Shown: positions 1 to 16,722 of the stretch, one piece after another
Numbering within the stretch: position 1 is the stretch's first letter
Layout: every line of letters begins with the position of its first letter
Source of the DNA: Reclinomonas americana ATCC 50394
Lineage: Eukaryota
DNA length: 64,000 bases
Direction: 5' to 3'
Assembly (NCBI GenBank): GCA_048213135.1
Contig: PS015033.1
Coordinates: 1-64,000 of the forward strand
The notes under the pieces: generated by a model
Databases searched by the model: none
What the model was told of the DNA's origin: nothing
Seen by the model: only the letters and a program-made list of their open reading frames with translations
Translations under genes and position numbers: made by a program

Positions 1-32
1 GGACAGAGTACTTGGGAGGATGGAGAGCGTAC

Positions 33-647
33 CTGCGAGACGAGCTTGAACAGCTTGTCGTTCTTCAGGTGCTTCAGGGCGAACTCGCGCTGCACAGTGT
101 AGCGCGGATCGGTCTTGCGCAGAACGGCATGACCGAAACCCGGAATGACTTGACCAGAGTTCAGCGTGTCCCACACGGCCTGCACACATCTCAATCAATA
201 TGTTGCGCCTTCCTCTCACATACACCTCTCGACACGAGGTCGAACCTTCTCCAGCTCCTCGTTCGTGACCTCCTTGCCGAGCTTGGCCTGCAGGTCAGTG
301 GTCCATCGCAGCACCTCCTGGTTGGCCAGGCCGTGCAGAGGTCCAGCCAGACCGTTCATGCCCGCCGACACCGACAGGTAGGCGTCAGAGAGAGCCGAGC
401 CGACGAGGTGAGTGGCGTGCGCCGAGACGTTGCCACCCTCGTGATCCGAGTGAATCGTCAGGTACATGCGCATGCAGTCGTAGAAGAGCTCGTTGCCCCT
501 GAATCCCAGCTGCTGCGCAAAGTTGGCGGCCCAATCCAGCGAGTGATCCACCTTGGGCATCGGGCGGCCCTTCTGGTACGTGTTGTGGAACACGAGGGCA
601 GCGATGCGCGGAATGCGGGCAACCAGATTCATCACTGCGTGTGGCGA
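33..647 (-). CDS. CS: Citrate synthase (eukaryotic type), internal exons (~246-640 and 33-179); this piece appears inverted relative to the final exon
   Basis: Translation gives [27 protein letters not shown] and [17 protein letters not shown], all citrate synthase signatures; GT-AG intron at 180-245. Confidence 0.95.
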
Positions 648-712
648 NNNNNNNNNNNNNNNNNNNNTCTTTCTATCCATGCCTTGTTCACTCACCCCCC
701 GTCCTCGCGCAG

Positions 713-970
713 TTGTACGAGGTCGTGCCGCCGGTGCTCACCAAGCTCGGCAAGGTTGCCAACCCGTGGCCGAACGTTGATGCTCACTCTGGAGTGATTC
801 TGCAACACTTTGGTCTGACGCAAGAGAACTACTACACGGTGCTGTTTGGCGTGTCGCGCACGCTGGGCGTGTGCGCCTCGCTGCTGTGGGACCGCGCCCT
901 CGGTTTCCCGATCGAGCGCCCGAAGAGCATCACCACCGATTGGATCGAGAAGAAGTTTGGCGGCAAGTAA
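713..970 (+). CDS. CS: Citrate synthase, final exon
   Basis: cag acceptor, then LYEVVP...[11 protein letters not shown]...[10 protein letters not shown]...ERPKS...GGK*. Phase 0 matches the donor after ...LVSQ at position 33 on the minus strand. Confidence 0.95.
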   Translation: MYEVVPPVLTKLGKVANPWPNVDAHSGVILQHFGLTQENYYTVLFGVSRTLGVCASLLWDRALGFPIERPKSITTDWIEKKFGGK

Positions 971-1108
971 GCCTCTCGTGCTTGCGTGCTATCCAGACGC
1001 GTGTGTGTCGGCACCGAATCCTCGCGTGTGCCGTCACATCCGGTCCAATTTACGTAGCCCCCATTGTAACACCGGTGACATATGCTTTTTTTCTCCACTG
1101 CTTTTTGT

Positions 1109-1786
1109 TTACACGGACGGGGAAGGGGCTGGTGGATCGTAGCGCATCTGGATCTCCTTCTCCACAAAGCCCAGCTTGCGATAAAAGGGCTCGTTGGCTT
1201 TGGTGCAATTGAGAATCACCTTGTAGCAGCCGACCTCGCGCGCCGTCGCCTGCAAGGCCTCCACCATGCGCTGCCCGAGGCGCTTGCCGCGGTACTCGGA
1301 CGACACCACCACATCCTCGATGTGCCCGCACCTGCCGAGCGATCGCCCAAACTTGAGCTCCACCACCAACGATCCCGTCGCCACCACTCGCCCTCGCGAC
1401 ATGTCCTCGATCACCAGCACGATCTTGCCCGTGTCATCCATCTCCTTGACGCGCTCTGCACACACTTGTGAGGAAAGGAGAGGGATCGTATGTATGCTAC
1501 ACGGCTGACGCAACGAGCAAACGCCTCGGTGGTGATGCCGTCGCCCACGACTGTCAGTTCGCCCAACAGCTCAAGGAATCCCTTGTGGATGTCGCCTGCG
1601 GCCACCTTGCGTGTGACCATGGAGCTCTCCTGTGAGATGCCACACACGGGTTCCACACAGAGAACTCTGCGTGATCACAGGAGTGAGGGCGAGCACAGAG
1701 ATTACTCGTGCGCGCGTGACACACAACTCGCTGGCTGCGTCGTCATCGGTGCGACGTGTCTCAGCAGCTGCGTCACCACTGCTCAT
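1109..1786 (-). CDS. GNA1: Glucosamine-6-phosphate N-acetyltransferase (GNAT family); start uncertain (ATG 1786 or 1620)
   Basis: KGFLELLGELTVVG...VATGSLVVELKF...GHIEDVVVSSEYRGKRLG...GCYKVILNC...FYRKLGF; intron at about 1457-1515. Confidence 0.9.
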
Positions 1787-1990
1787 GTGTGCGAGGAGAA
1801 TCGAGGCACGACTTCTTGCCCTTTCCATCTTGTGCTTCTGACAAGAGAAAAAGCACTGCGATTTCATGACAACGGGACGACATGTGACCGACGGCCGTGA
1901 TCATAAAAACAACAACCGTGCATTACATATCAAAGCGAATGCATCATACGTAGTCTGTGACAAAAGAAGATAAACGAACAGCTCGGGCGC

Positions 1991-4900
1991 TCACGGTCGC
2001 TCGTGAGTGTACTGGCTGCCGGCGGCGGCGCCGGTATGTGGTCGGCCGGGTGTGGCCGTGTTTGTGACAGCCAGTGATGAGGACGACGATGACGACTGCA
2101 TGGTCGTGCGCACACTGGACGACACTTCCAGCCCCGCGACATACCCGCCGCCAGCGGTGCCCTGCATGCCGCCGCCGACTTGCGCGTCGAGACCGAACGC
2201 TGTGATAATGTTGTTGAGGTCCTGCGTGATGCGGGCATTGGCGCGCTTGGAGCGGTCGAGCTCGGTGCGGCAGTCCTCCAGTTGTTGGAATGCACGCTTC
2301 GCGTCGTCGACGGCCATGTGATGCTCGGAGCTGAGGCGCATCATTTCGTCGCGTAACCGCTGCATTACGGCGATGCGGTGAGTAACACCAATCATCATCA
2401 CAAAAATCTCGAAACGCACCCTTCGCTCCTCGTCCAGGCGTCGCATTTCGGCCTCTTGAGCAGCGAATCGCTTGTGGTCGTCGTCGCGTTGCATGTACAT
2501 TGACCGCAGCTCCTTCTCCTTCAGCACCAAGTCCTGCACCAAGTGGTCCATTTCCGCATTGCGTTGTGCCAGCAGCGACTGCGCCAATTGTGAGTACATT
2601 TCTCGAGAATGCGAGGAGGCTAAGAGGCAAACATACCTTCAAGTCGTTGAGCTGCAAGCGGAGATCGTCTCGCTCCTCGTGCAGACGATCCACTTGCGAC
2701 CGTGTGGTGACAAATTGGGTGCTGACGGCATCCTTCTCGTCACGCTTCTGCTCAATCTCCTGGCGCAGTGAAGTCGTCTCTCGTTGCAGCGCTGCACCAT
2801 CCGCAGTGAATCACCACGACGAAAACACGACACAATCAATGCTGCAATCGCTCACGCACTCTCAATCTCCTGCGTCATGTGCTTGATGTTGACCTCGGCG
2901 GCCGAGAGTGAGCGCGTGAGGCGAGAATTCGCCGCCTCAAGCCGCTCACACTCCTCCTCGCGAGCCTGCAGACGCTGATTCGACACCTGAGCCTCCTCTT
3001 GTGCCTGCGTCGCACATCGCGTAAGCTTCGAGCCGAGAAGGGGGAGAGGGGGGGGGGGACGAGGTGACGTACCGCAACACATCGCTGCTGTGTGGCCTCC
3101 ACGCGACGACGATTCTCATTGTCACGCTCCTCGGTTTCGCGCAGCTGCCGCTTCAGCGCCTCCACTCGGTTCTCCAGCGTGTTCAGGTTGTCCTCGGCCC
3201 GATACAGCTGATTGCGCAGCGCTGTATCAAGAAAGTAACACGCCATCCAGTGAGACACATGCATTCAAGCACCTCACTCTTTGCACATCTCGCTCACCAT
3301 CGGCTTCGGTACGGGAGTCACGCACTTCGCGCTCCAACTCCGCCGTTCTCAGCGACAGGGCCTGACGATCGGTCTCCGCAGCGCCAAACGCCTCGTCCGA
3401 TTCACGGAACTGAGCCACTAACCGCTCACACTCGGTCTGAACGGCACCATGTGAGTCATTCTCACAATCCAACAGAGACGCACGCACGCATGCATGGCAA
3501 TCACCTGCAAGCCATTGGCGCGATTCGACAACGAATCCCGCTCCTGTCGCAGTGATTCGACTTGCAGTTCGAGAATGCGTATCTTCTCGTGCGAGAACTC
3601 CTTCTCGCGATGCAGCTCCACCTTCAGGTCGGCATTCTGCATCATCAGTGCCTTCTTCGTGGACTCCAACTCGTCGGCACGGTGCTGCAAGGAGGCGGCG
3701 CGGCTCGTCGATTCCTCGTACTCGCGCTGCAGGGACACCAGATCGCGCGACAACGCCGTTGCCTCACGGTCGCGCTCCTCGAGCGACTGATATGTGGATA
3801 AGCGACTGTCGTGTGGATCACACATAGAGACATTGTGTTGATAATACGCACCGCCACCACTTCCTCCAGCTGCTGCTCCAGACTGGTGGTGCGACGCAGC
3901 AGATCGGACTTCTCGTCCAGCAAGTGCTGCAACTCGCCGCGCAACTCTGTCACCGACTCGCTCAGCGATGCCTCGGAGCGACGCAACAGATCCACGTCGG
4001 TCAGCAGGTCGCTCTTGCTCGCACTGCACACAGAGAAGGCACGCCTTCAGAACACACACACAGGTAGAGAGAGACACACACACACGGATACACTCGCCTC
4101 AATTGATCACGCTCGCGGCTGAGGCGGTCAATCAGAGTCTCAGCCTCCTCGTTCTTGATGACGAGACGCGCCCGCTCCGCCGTCAACTTCTCCAACTGCA
4201 GGCACGCCACAAAAAAAGTCAGCAATCCAGGAATCTCTCGCCACACCGCACACTCTCACGCACCGCCTCCTGTCTCTGCTTCAACTCAATGCGCGTCTCA
4301 TCGCGCAGCTCACGCAGTCGTGTCATCTCCTCCGCCGACTTGGTGACCTCCTCGCGCAGATTCTCGGCCTGGAACATGGTGCGCTGCAAGTCGCTCTCCA
4401 CACTCCACAGACGCTTCTTTGCCTCGTCGCGCTCAGAGACGGCACGTCGCAGCTGATCCGTGTTCTCGTCGTCCTTCCCCTGCAGCTCGGCCACTTGCTC
4501 CGACAGCAGCGAGCACTGTCGCTCCGTCGTCGTCAACGCCGTCGTCAGCTGTGACACCTGCTTCTCGGCCGCCGCCAGCTGCGCTCGTGTCTCCACGTCA
4601 GACTCCTCCAGTGTCTTCAGACGCAGACGCGCCGCCGCCAGCTCGTCCATTCGGTGCTCCAAATCCGACGCAAGAATACCCGACTGTTCGCGGAGTCTCA
4701 TGTTGTCCTCCTCGGTCTGCCTCATGTCATTCCGCTGATCCACGTGAATCTATCATGTCGCAACACGCAAGTGAGGAAGATCGTGGAGGGACAAGTTGTG
4801 CGTGCAGGGCGACTCACTCTGGTCAAAATCTTGCTAAACGCCAACACCGAGTTGGCAATCTCCGGGAGACGCGCCTTGGAGGTCTGATTCACGTCTCCGT

Positions 4901-7301
4901 GCCGTCCAGTGCCGGGTGTCGAAATCACACGCACAAAGTGCGCATCATCGACAAGAACCGGGGACAGGGCATTCGACGGGCTCGATTGTGGAGAGCCACC
5001 CGCAGCGGCGCCCTGTGAGAACATGTCATGATGAGCGGAAGGTGGCTTGTGCACAACATGCAGCGCACACAGCAAACAAACCTCGCCAGCCGCCTCATCC
5101 ATGTTGCTGGCGAAGCGCGCTTGTGCAGAGTGCGGACTGGCGGCCTCGAGAGTGGCCGACGAAGAGCGCGCCAGCGTCGGTGAGATGCGTGCGAGCGGCG
5201 TGTGACTGTGGCCATTCAGTGGCACATTCAACGCGCCCAGAGTCTCCCGCAGCACGTCATGTGAGTTGCTGACAAGCCGGTGGCTCTCGTGCAACTCTGC
5301 CGCCAGCAACTCGGCTTCCTCTCTGCAAAGAAACAAGAAAAAATGAGACGACGTGGCGCAGCGGCGGACGAGCACAATCACGCACCTCCATCGTGTCCAC
5401 TCCTCCTTGGCGTGATTCAAGTCGGTCTGCAACTCGTCCTTGGCAAACTCCAATTGTGTGATCGACTGATTCAGCTGCGACACCTTGATGCGCTGGCGGT
5501 CGGCCTCGTCCCGCAACGAGCGCAGACTGACGTCCTGGCCTTCAGTGGTGTCACGCAGTGTGGACATGTCGGCGAGGTGCTGCGAGATCTCGTCTTGCAG
5601 CCTAGGGAGACGATGAGTGAACGCCACAAGAAAGAATACCGACCGTGACGCGCACTCAACTGCCGCCTCTGTGATTCGCAATTGAGCAGATCGGAGCGTG
5701 TGGTGGCCAGCGACGCCTCCGTGGCCGAAAGCAAGGCGCGCGTCTCCTCCAATGTGCGCGTCGTTTCGCGCAGTTGTGCCGACGAAATAGTATCAGACTC
5801 CTCCAGGCGGTGAACACGTTGTGTGGTCAGTCGCAGCTGATCGTGAAGCTCACTGCGACAGGCACAACCTTGTTCAGCAACCCAAAGCAGACAGCTGCCA
5901 AAGAAGGAAAAACACACACACACAACCGCAACTCAATCTGTCGCCGCAGTGCATCACGCTCTCGCGCCGCCTCCACCACCTCGGTGGTCTTCTGCCGCAA
6001 GTCGTACGCGAGCCGCTGAATACGACTGACGTTGACTGACGCATCCCCAGAAGGCGACGAGGCCGACGCCGACGATGCGGGAGCGGAGCGCAAGATGTCT
6101 TGAATGTCGCGCAACTGCAGCTCGGCATCCTGTGCGGCGCGCAGACGAACACGCAGCTCCTCCAGCTCGGCAAACTGCGACACCAACAGTCTAAGGCGAC
6201 AAGAACAATCCCACTGCGCGTCATCCATCCCTCCCTCACCAGCTTCTGCAACTCGTTCGAGCTCTCCGACGACGTCTGCAGCAGACGATCGCGACTCTGC
6301 TGCGCGGCATCAAACTTGGCGGTCGTGTCCTGCAGCTTCACCTGCATGTCGCTAATGTGCTCGCGCAACGTGTGCACCTCGTGCGCCCTCTTCAGCATCT
6401 CGCGTTCCATTTCGTCTCGCTCACGCGCCAGCTGCTGGAACCGCAGCACAGACGGCGATGGCGACGCGCCACGTGAAGTCAGCGACTCGCGGCGTAGCTG
6501 CTCCTTTTCAGCGGTGAGTCGCTCGAGCTGCATGCGGTACTCGGCAGAGGCCCGACGAAGTGAGGCAAGCTCGCGCTCGCGCGCATCGAGCTTGCTTTGC
6601 AGATTCGAGTTCTGCACAACGGGGACACGGTGAGTGCGCGCGTAGCATGAGAGAGAAATAGTGGCGAGGGCGAACCTCATGCTGCAAGTCGCCCTTTGCG
6701 GCTTCCGTTTGCTGATACAAGATGCGCGCGTGTACGGCCTCGCGTGTCGCCCTGTCCCGCTCGGCAATGTACTTGTCGACTTCCGAGGAGGAAAGTGGGC
6801 GCGATCCCATTGGCGGCGGAGACACAGACCCGAGTGCGGCAGAGATAGACTCGGCGCGCATCGTAGCAATGCTGTCGCGATCTCTCTCCAGTTCCATGAT
6901 GCGCCGACGAAGCGAGGCATTTGAGTCCTCCATGCGTGCCAGCAAATCTGCATGCACAAAAAGAACAAAAACTGAGCACGCCAAGTCGTCTGCAGTGCCG
7001 CTGCGCACACCCGCGCACCATCCTTGAGCCTCAGGGCCTCCGAGTACCCGACAGTGCTCTCGGAGAGATCGCGGACACGCATGGCCTCCGAGGTCTCGTC
7101 ACCAGCGTCACCGGCCTCCATACGGCGCTCATCGAGCGAGAACGAAACCTGGCGGCGGCTTGCGGGTGATCGGTACGACTGAGAGTGGGAGGGAAAGCGC
7201 GCTGTTAGCATCAATCTCAAACGGCACAGATAATACACATAGGCGGAGAAAGAGAAAAAGGAAGTGGCAATGCATACAAAGCACGGGAAGCGAGCAACCA
7301 T
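1991..7301 (-). CDS. Large multi-exon coiled-coil protein of unknown function
   Basis: Many E/R/L/Q-rich heptad exons separated by short GT-AG introns. Putative ATG-only first coding exon at 7299-7301 splices to 7178 (M|SYRSPASRRQ). Ends ...YTHERP* at 1991. Confidence 0.7.
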
Positions 7302-7351
7302 GTTTGTACACGACTCATTGCACCAGAAAAAGAGAAAGAAAACACCAGGTA

Positions 7352-11580
<4,229 letters not shown>

Positions 11581-11785
11581 TTTCACCGCGCACGCACAAA
11601 AACGACGAAATCAAACGGGAAAGAGATGGAGAGGAAGGGATGCAGACGCACGCACAACGCGAAACGAGGCTGCTGTGCTGCGTGCTGCGTGCAGGCTCAC
11701 TTCTCTTTCGATGAGCGCGCGCGAAATAATGTGGACAGAGGACAGACGCGCTCGCGCTATGCACACACATTTGTTTGTTGTTATC

Positions 11786-12718
11786 ATGGTGCGTTGATTG
11801 CCGCTTCTCTCTTCTGTGTCTGCACACATGCATATCGTCACATGTGCCTGTGTCGCTGCGCGTTGCAAAAAATGTGTATTTCTGTCTGATGGAGGAAATG
11901 GCGCGCGCGACTTGTCACTCACACGCGTGTGCACACAGGGCGTGGAGGTCGAGACCATCAAGGCTGGTGTGTGGCGAGAAAGAGAGAGAGAAAAAATAGA
12001 GAGAGCGTGAGAAGGAGAACAAGGACATGGCGAATCGCTTACTGTGTGCTCACCAACAGGCAACGGTGACAAGCCCAAGAGCGGCTCCAAGGTCAAGGTG
12101 CACTACGTGGGCACGCTGACCAATGGCACCAAGGTGAGCCACACTCACACTCAAATTCGTGTGAGGAATTGCAACGTTTTGACCACTCCTTTTTTTTTTC
12201 GCACTTGCGCAGTTCGACTCGTCGCGCGATCGCGGTGAGTGTGCCTTGTCGTTTGTGTGAGTTGCAAGCATGGTCGACTGATGTAATTTGCAGGCCGTCA
12301 CTTTGAGTTCACGCTCGGTGCTGGCCAGGTTCGTCGGACAGCGAGTTGTCATTGTCGGTGTCTGCTTTTTTGTGTGTGACTGATGTGTTGCTGTGCAGGT
12401 CATCAAGGGATGGGACGAGGGTGTGGCGCAGATGTCGGTCGGCGAGACCGCCAAGCTCACCTGCAGCCCCGACTATGCGTTGCGTCTCCTGTGAACCTTC
12501 GAAATGCGTCAGTCTGGCTCACATGAGTTGTGTGTGTGTTTCCTGTGACCTCTGGCAGCTACGGGTGAGCATGTGGTGCTCGCTTGTCCTCCCCCTGCAT
12601 CGCTTGCATTCTCATTCTGTGTGTGTGTGTGTGTTTGTGCAGTGCTCGTGGTTACCCTCCAGTCATTCCGGCCAACGCGACGCTGATCTTCGAGGTCGAG
12701 CTTGTCTCGTACTCGTGA
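11786..12718 (+). CDS. FKBP12: FKBP12-type peptidyl-prolyl isomerase, 8 coding exons
   Basis: Spliced product [107 protein letters not shown]. Confidence 0.97.
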
Positions 12719-12909
12719 ACACCGGTAGCTGCCCGCGTGTGCATCAGCCGCCTGTTTTCTTCTCCGTCCTCTGCTCGGCCAGCATCGTACGACACTCGCT
12801 CTATCGACGCTATCCCCTCCTGATGTGTTGTGATGATGATGATGATGCGTTGAACAACGGAGAGATTGCTTGATTCGTGTCTCCCGTTACATTCACTCGC
12901 CCATCAAGC

Positions 12910-13984
12910 TCACAAGCACAGCCGCGGATCGCATTGACTGCGGTACACCACAACCGCTGCCTCCTCGACCAAGAAGCAACGAAGCACCATCTCTGGGAGA
13001 CAGCGCGAATCCGGCACTCGTTCGTCTTTATCTTCTTCAGTCGCCAGCTGCATTTGTTGGACGGCACGCATGGCCGCCCGTGCCGTGTCATGTTCGAGGC
13101 GCGCGAGGCCACACGGAGAAGACCACACACGTACAGTGGTGTCCCAGCTGCCACTGACCACGTGTTGACCATCCGATGAGATAGCAACAGACTGCACCCA
13201 GTTGCTGTGTCCCTCTAGGAGCCGCAATTGATCACCACTCGCCAGCGACCACAACCGCACACTCTTGTCTTCGCTTCCACTCACCACGTACAGGCCGTTG
13301 GGGGAGACGACCACGCTTTTCACCCAGTGAGCGGGTCCCGACACCTGCTGCCACACATCCTTGCCACTTGCCAGTGATCGCAGTCGTATCGCCCCGTTAC
13401 GGCCTCCGCACACCACGTGCGCNNNNNNNNNNNNNNNNNNNNACCGTCGAGAGTCACGGCGACCGATTGCACCTCACCACCGACTTCACGCCATCGCAGT
13501 ACTTCTTCTCCACGTGCCACAGACCACACACACACTGTTTGGTCCAAGCTGCCACTGACAACGTGCTGACTGTTGGGAGTGACGGCGACAGATTTCACCG
13601 CACCAGTGTGCCCCTCCATGTGGCGCACTTGCTTACCCGTCGCCAGTGACCACACTCGCAACGTAGGATCCAGCTGCAGGCCTGCGCTCACCACGTACCG
13701 GCAGTCGGGGGAGACGGCGACACACTGCACCCAGTCAGTGTGCCCCTCCAGTCGCCACATCGTGTCACCACTCGCCAGTGACCACACACGCACGGTGTTG
13801 TCGGCACCCCCGCTCACAATGTAGCGACCATCGGCGCTGATGGCGACTGCAAACACCGCACTGCTGTGCCCTTCAAGCCGCCGCACCTCCTCACCAGTCG
13901 CCAGTGACCACACTCGCACCGTCTTGTCTCCGCTTCCACTCACCGCATGCTGACCGTCGGGGGTGATTGCCACAGACCACACGT
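12910..13984 (-). CDS. Intronless WD40 protein with conserved C-terminal tail, paralogue W1 (5' end in gap; internal gap)
   Basis: GH..V.SVA.TPDG..VVSGS.D.TVRVWSLASG repeats; tail contains DSRCLPEMVLRCFLVEEAA. Confidence 0.88.
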
Positions 13985-14217
13985 NNNNNNNNNNNNNNNN
14001 NNNNNNNNNNNNNNNNNNNNNNNNNNNNNNNNNNNNNNNNNNNNNNNNNNNNNNNNNNNNNNNNNNNNNNNNNNNNNNNNNNNNNNNNNNNNNNNNNNNN
14101 NNNNNNNNNNNNNNNNNNNNNNNNNNNNNNNNNNNNNNNNNNNNNNNNNCACACACACACGCACATACCGACACACACAAACTCCACGCACGCACACACA
14201 CACACTCCACGCACGCC

Positions 14218-15315
14218 ATGACCTCGGCTGCTCTTTTCTGTAAGTGTCTGCACGGACACTCCTCTACTGTGTCGTCTGTCGCCGTCACTCCAGATGGGCA
14301 GCACGTCGTGACTGGGAGCGAAGACTTCAAAGTGCGAGTGTGGTCGCTGGCGAGTGAGCATGAAGTGCGACAGTTGGAGGGGCACACAATGTCGGTGCGG
14401 TCTGTCGCTGTCACTCCTAACGGCCAGCACATCGTGAGTGGAAGTGAGGATGCAACAGTTCGAGTGTGGTCACTGTCGAGTGGAGAAGAAGTGCGACGGC
14501 TGAAGGGACACACGTGGGTGGTGGTGACTGTCGCAGTCACTCCCGACGGTCGGCATGTGGTGAGTGGCAGTGATGACGCAACAGTGCGAGTGTGGTCTCT
14601 GGCAAGTGGGGAGGAGGTGCGACGGTTTGAGGGACACACTTGGTGGGTTATGTCTGTCGCTGTCACTCCCGATGGTCAACACGTGGTGAGCGGCGGTGCC
14701 GATAGGAAAGTGTGTGTGTGGTCACTCGCAAATGGAGTTGAAGTGCGACGGTTTGAGGGGCATTCTGCTGGGGTGATCTCAGCTGTTGTCCCTCCCGATG
14801 GTCGTCATGTGGTGAGTGGAAGCAAGGACCGAACAATACGAGTGTGGTCTCTGGCAAGTGGCAAGGAGGTGCGACGGTTGAACGGGCACTCTGGCGATCT
14901 GGCGTCTCTCGCTGTCTCTCCCGACGGGAAGTACGTTGTGAGTGGAAGTGGTGACAGCACAGTGCGAATATGGTCTCTGGCGAGGGGAAAAGAGGTGCGA
15001 CGGCTGGAGGGACACAATGACTGGGTGCACTCTGTCGCTGTCACTCCCGACGGCCAGCACATTATGAGCGGCGGTGACGACAAGACATTGCGAGTGTGGT
15101 CCACAACATTCGGCCTCGCGCGACAGGAGCTTGAAGTGGCTCGATCGGCCATGCGAGCCGTCCAAGAGATGCAGCGTGAGATGAAAGGAGAGGAGGAGGA
15201 AGAGGAGGAGCCAGACTCACGCTGTCTGCCAGAGATGGTGCTGCGCTGCTTCATTGTCGAAGAGGCGGCTGTCATTGTTGACAGCTGCTCCATGGATGAG
15301 AGTCTCCGATTGTGA
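14218..15315 (+). CDS. Intronless 7xWD40 protein with conserved tail, paralogue W2
   Basis: Seven ~42-aa WD40 repeats followed by the tail with DSRCLPEMVLRCFIVEEAA. Confidence 0.92.
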   Translation: MTSAALFCKCLHGHSSTVSSVAVTPDGQHVVTGSEDFKVRVWSLASEHEVRQLEGHTMSVRSVAVTPNGQHIVSGSEDATVRVWSLSSGEEVRRLKGHTWVVVTVAVTPDGRHVVSGSDDATVRVWSLASGEEVRRFEGHTWWVMSVAVTPDGQHVVSGGADRKVCVWSLANGVEVRRFEGHSAGVISAVVPPDGRHVVSGSKDRTIRVWSLASGKEVRRLNGHSGDLASLAVSPDGKYVVSGSGDSTVRIWSLARGKEVRRLEGHNDWVHSVAVTPDGQHIMSGGDDKTLRVWSTTFGLARQELEVARSAMRAVQEMQREMKGEEEEEEEPDSRCLPEMVLRCFIVEEAAVIVDSCSMDESLRL

Positions 15316-15454
15316 CTTGCAGTTCTCGTCTCCTCGTCATGTCTCAGTTTCATGTCGCCATCACCTTGAAGTGAAGAGACTAGCGTGCCCCTTTTTGTTA
15401 CTTCACATCGTCCTCCAAGTCAAAGGACATGTACACACCGTCTCGACGCACGCC

Positions 15455-16546
15455 ATGACCGCAGCTGCTTCTCCGCCTGCTCTCTTCAGCAAGTGTCTGC
15501 ATGGGCACTCCACTACTGTGTGGTCCGTCGCCGTCACCCCAGATAGTCGTTACATGATCAGTGGGAGTGCTGATCACACTGTGAGAGTGTGGTCGCTGGC
15601 GAGTGGACATGTAGTGCAACGGTTGGAGGGGCACACTGACTGGGTGCGTTCTGTCGCTGTCACCCCCGACGGCCAGCTCATCGTGAGCGGCAGTGATGAT
15701 GAAGCAGTGCGAGTGTGGTCTCTGGCAAGTGGACGAGAAGTGCGACGGCTGAAGGGACACACCTGGGGGGTGGTGTCTGTTGCTGTCACTCCTGACAGTC
15801 AACACGTTGTTAGCGCGGGCGACGACGGTACAGTGCGTGTGTGGTCACTGGCGAATGGAAAGGAAGTGCGACGGTTTGAGGCACATGCGAGCGAGGTCAC
15901 CGTCACCCCCGATGGCAAGCATGTCTTGAGTGCCAGTCGAGACGGAAGTGTGCATGTATGGTCCCTGGCGAGTGGCGAAGAAGTGCGACGACTGAGGGGG
16001 CACATTCAGCCGGTGCACTGTGTCGCTAGCACACCAGATGGTCAGCATGTGGTGAGTGGAAGCAGGGACCCAACAATACGTGTGTGGTCATTGGCAAGTG
16101 GCAGGGATGTGCGACGGTTGAATGGACACGCTGACACGGTTCAAGCAGTCGCTGTCACTCCCGACGGGAAGTACGTTGTGAGTGGGGGTAACGACAACAG
16201 TGTGCGAGTGTGGTCGCTGGCAAGTGGAGAAGAGGTGCGACGGCTGGAGGGACACAATGACTGGATGCACTCAATCGTTGTCACTCCCGATGGCCAGCAC
16301 ATTGTGAGTGGCGGTGCCGACGAGACATTGCGAGTGTGGTCCACAATATTCGGCCTTGCTCGACTGGAGCTTGAAGTGGCTCGATCGGCCATGCGAGCCG
16401 TCCAAGAGATGCAGCGAGAGATGAAAGGAGAGGAGGAGGAAGAGGAGGAGCTGGACTCGCGTTGCTTACCGGAGATGGTGTTGCGCTGCTTCATTGTCGA
16501 AGAGGCGGCCGTCGTTGTTCACCGCTGCGCCATGACTGAGATTTGA
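15455..16546 (+). CDS. Intronless 7xWD40 protein with conserved tail, paralogue W3
   Basis: Same architecture as W2; shared start context acgcacgccATGACC. Confidence 0.92.
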   Translation: MTAAASPPALFSKCLHGHSTTVWSVAVTPDSRYMISGSADHTVRVWSLASGHVVQRLEGHTDWVRSVAVTPDGQLIVSGSDDEAVRVWSLASGREVRRLKGHTWGVVSVAVTPDSQHVVSAGDDGTVRVWSLANGKEVRRFEAHASEVTVTPDGKHVLSASRDGSVHVWSLASGEEVRRLRGHIQPVHCVASTPDGQHVVSGSRDPTIRVWSLASGRDVRRLNGHADTVQAVAVTPDGKYVVSGGNDNSVRVWSLASGEEVRRLEGHNDWMHSIVVTPDGQHIVSGGADETLRVWSTIFGLARLELEVARSAMRAVQEMQREMKGEEEEEEELDSRCLPEMVLRCFIVEEAAVVVHRCAMTEI

Positions 16547-16722
16547 CTCACCAGTCTTGTGTTTTTTCTCATCTCCACGGTTTCCTGTCGCCATCACCGT
16601 GAAGTAAAGAGATTGTATGTGGTCCGCCATGTGATTCTGACGCCCCTGGTAACTTCACCAACAAAGAATGCATCAGAATTCGTCCTCCTCGCTCAAGACA
16701 CTACAGCTAATCCACGCACGCC

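Noticed and set aside
1-970. Scrambled or trans-spliced citrate synthase
   Set aside because: The strand switch coincides with a 20-N gap, the same pattern as the other assembly inversions.
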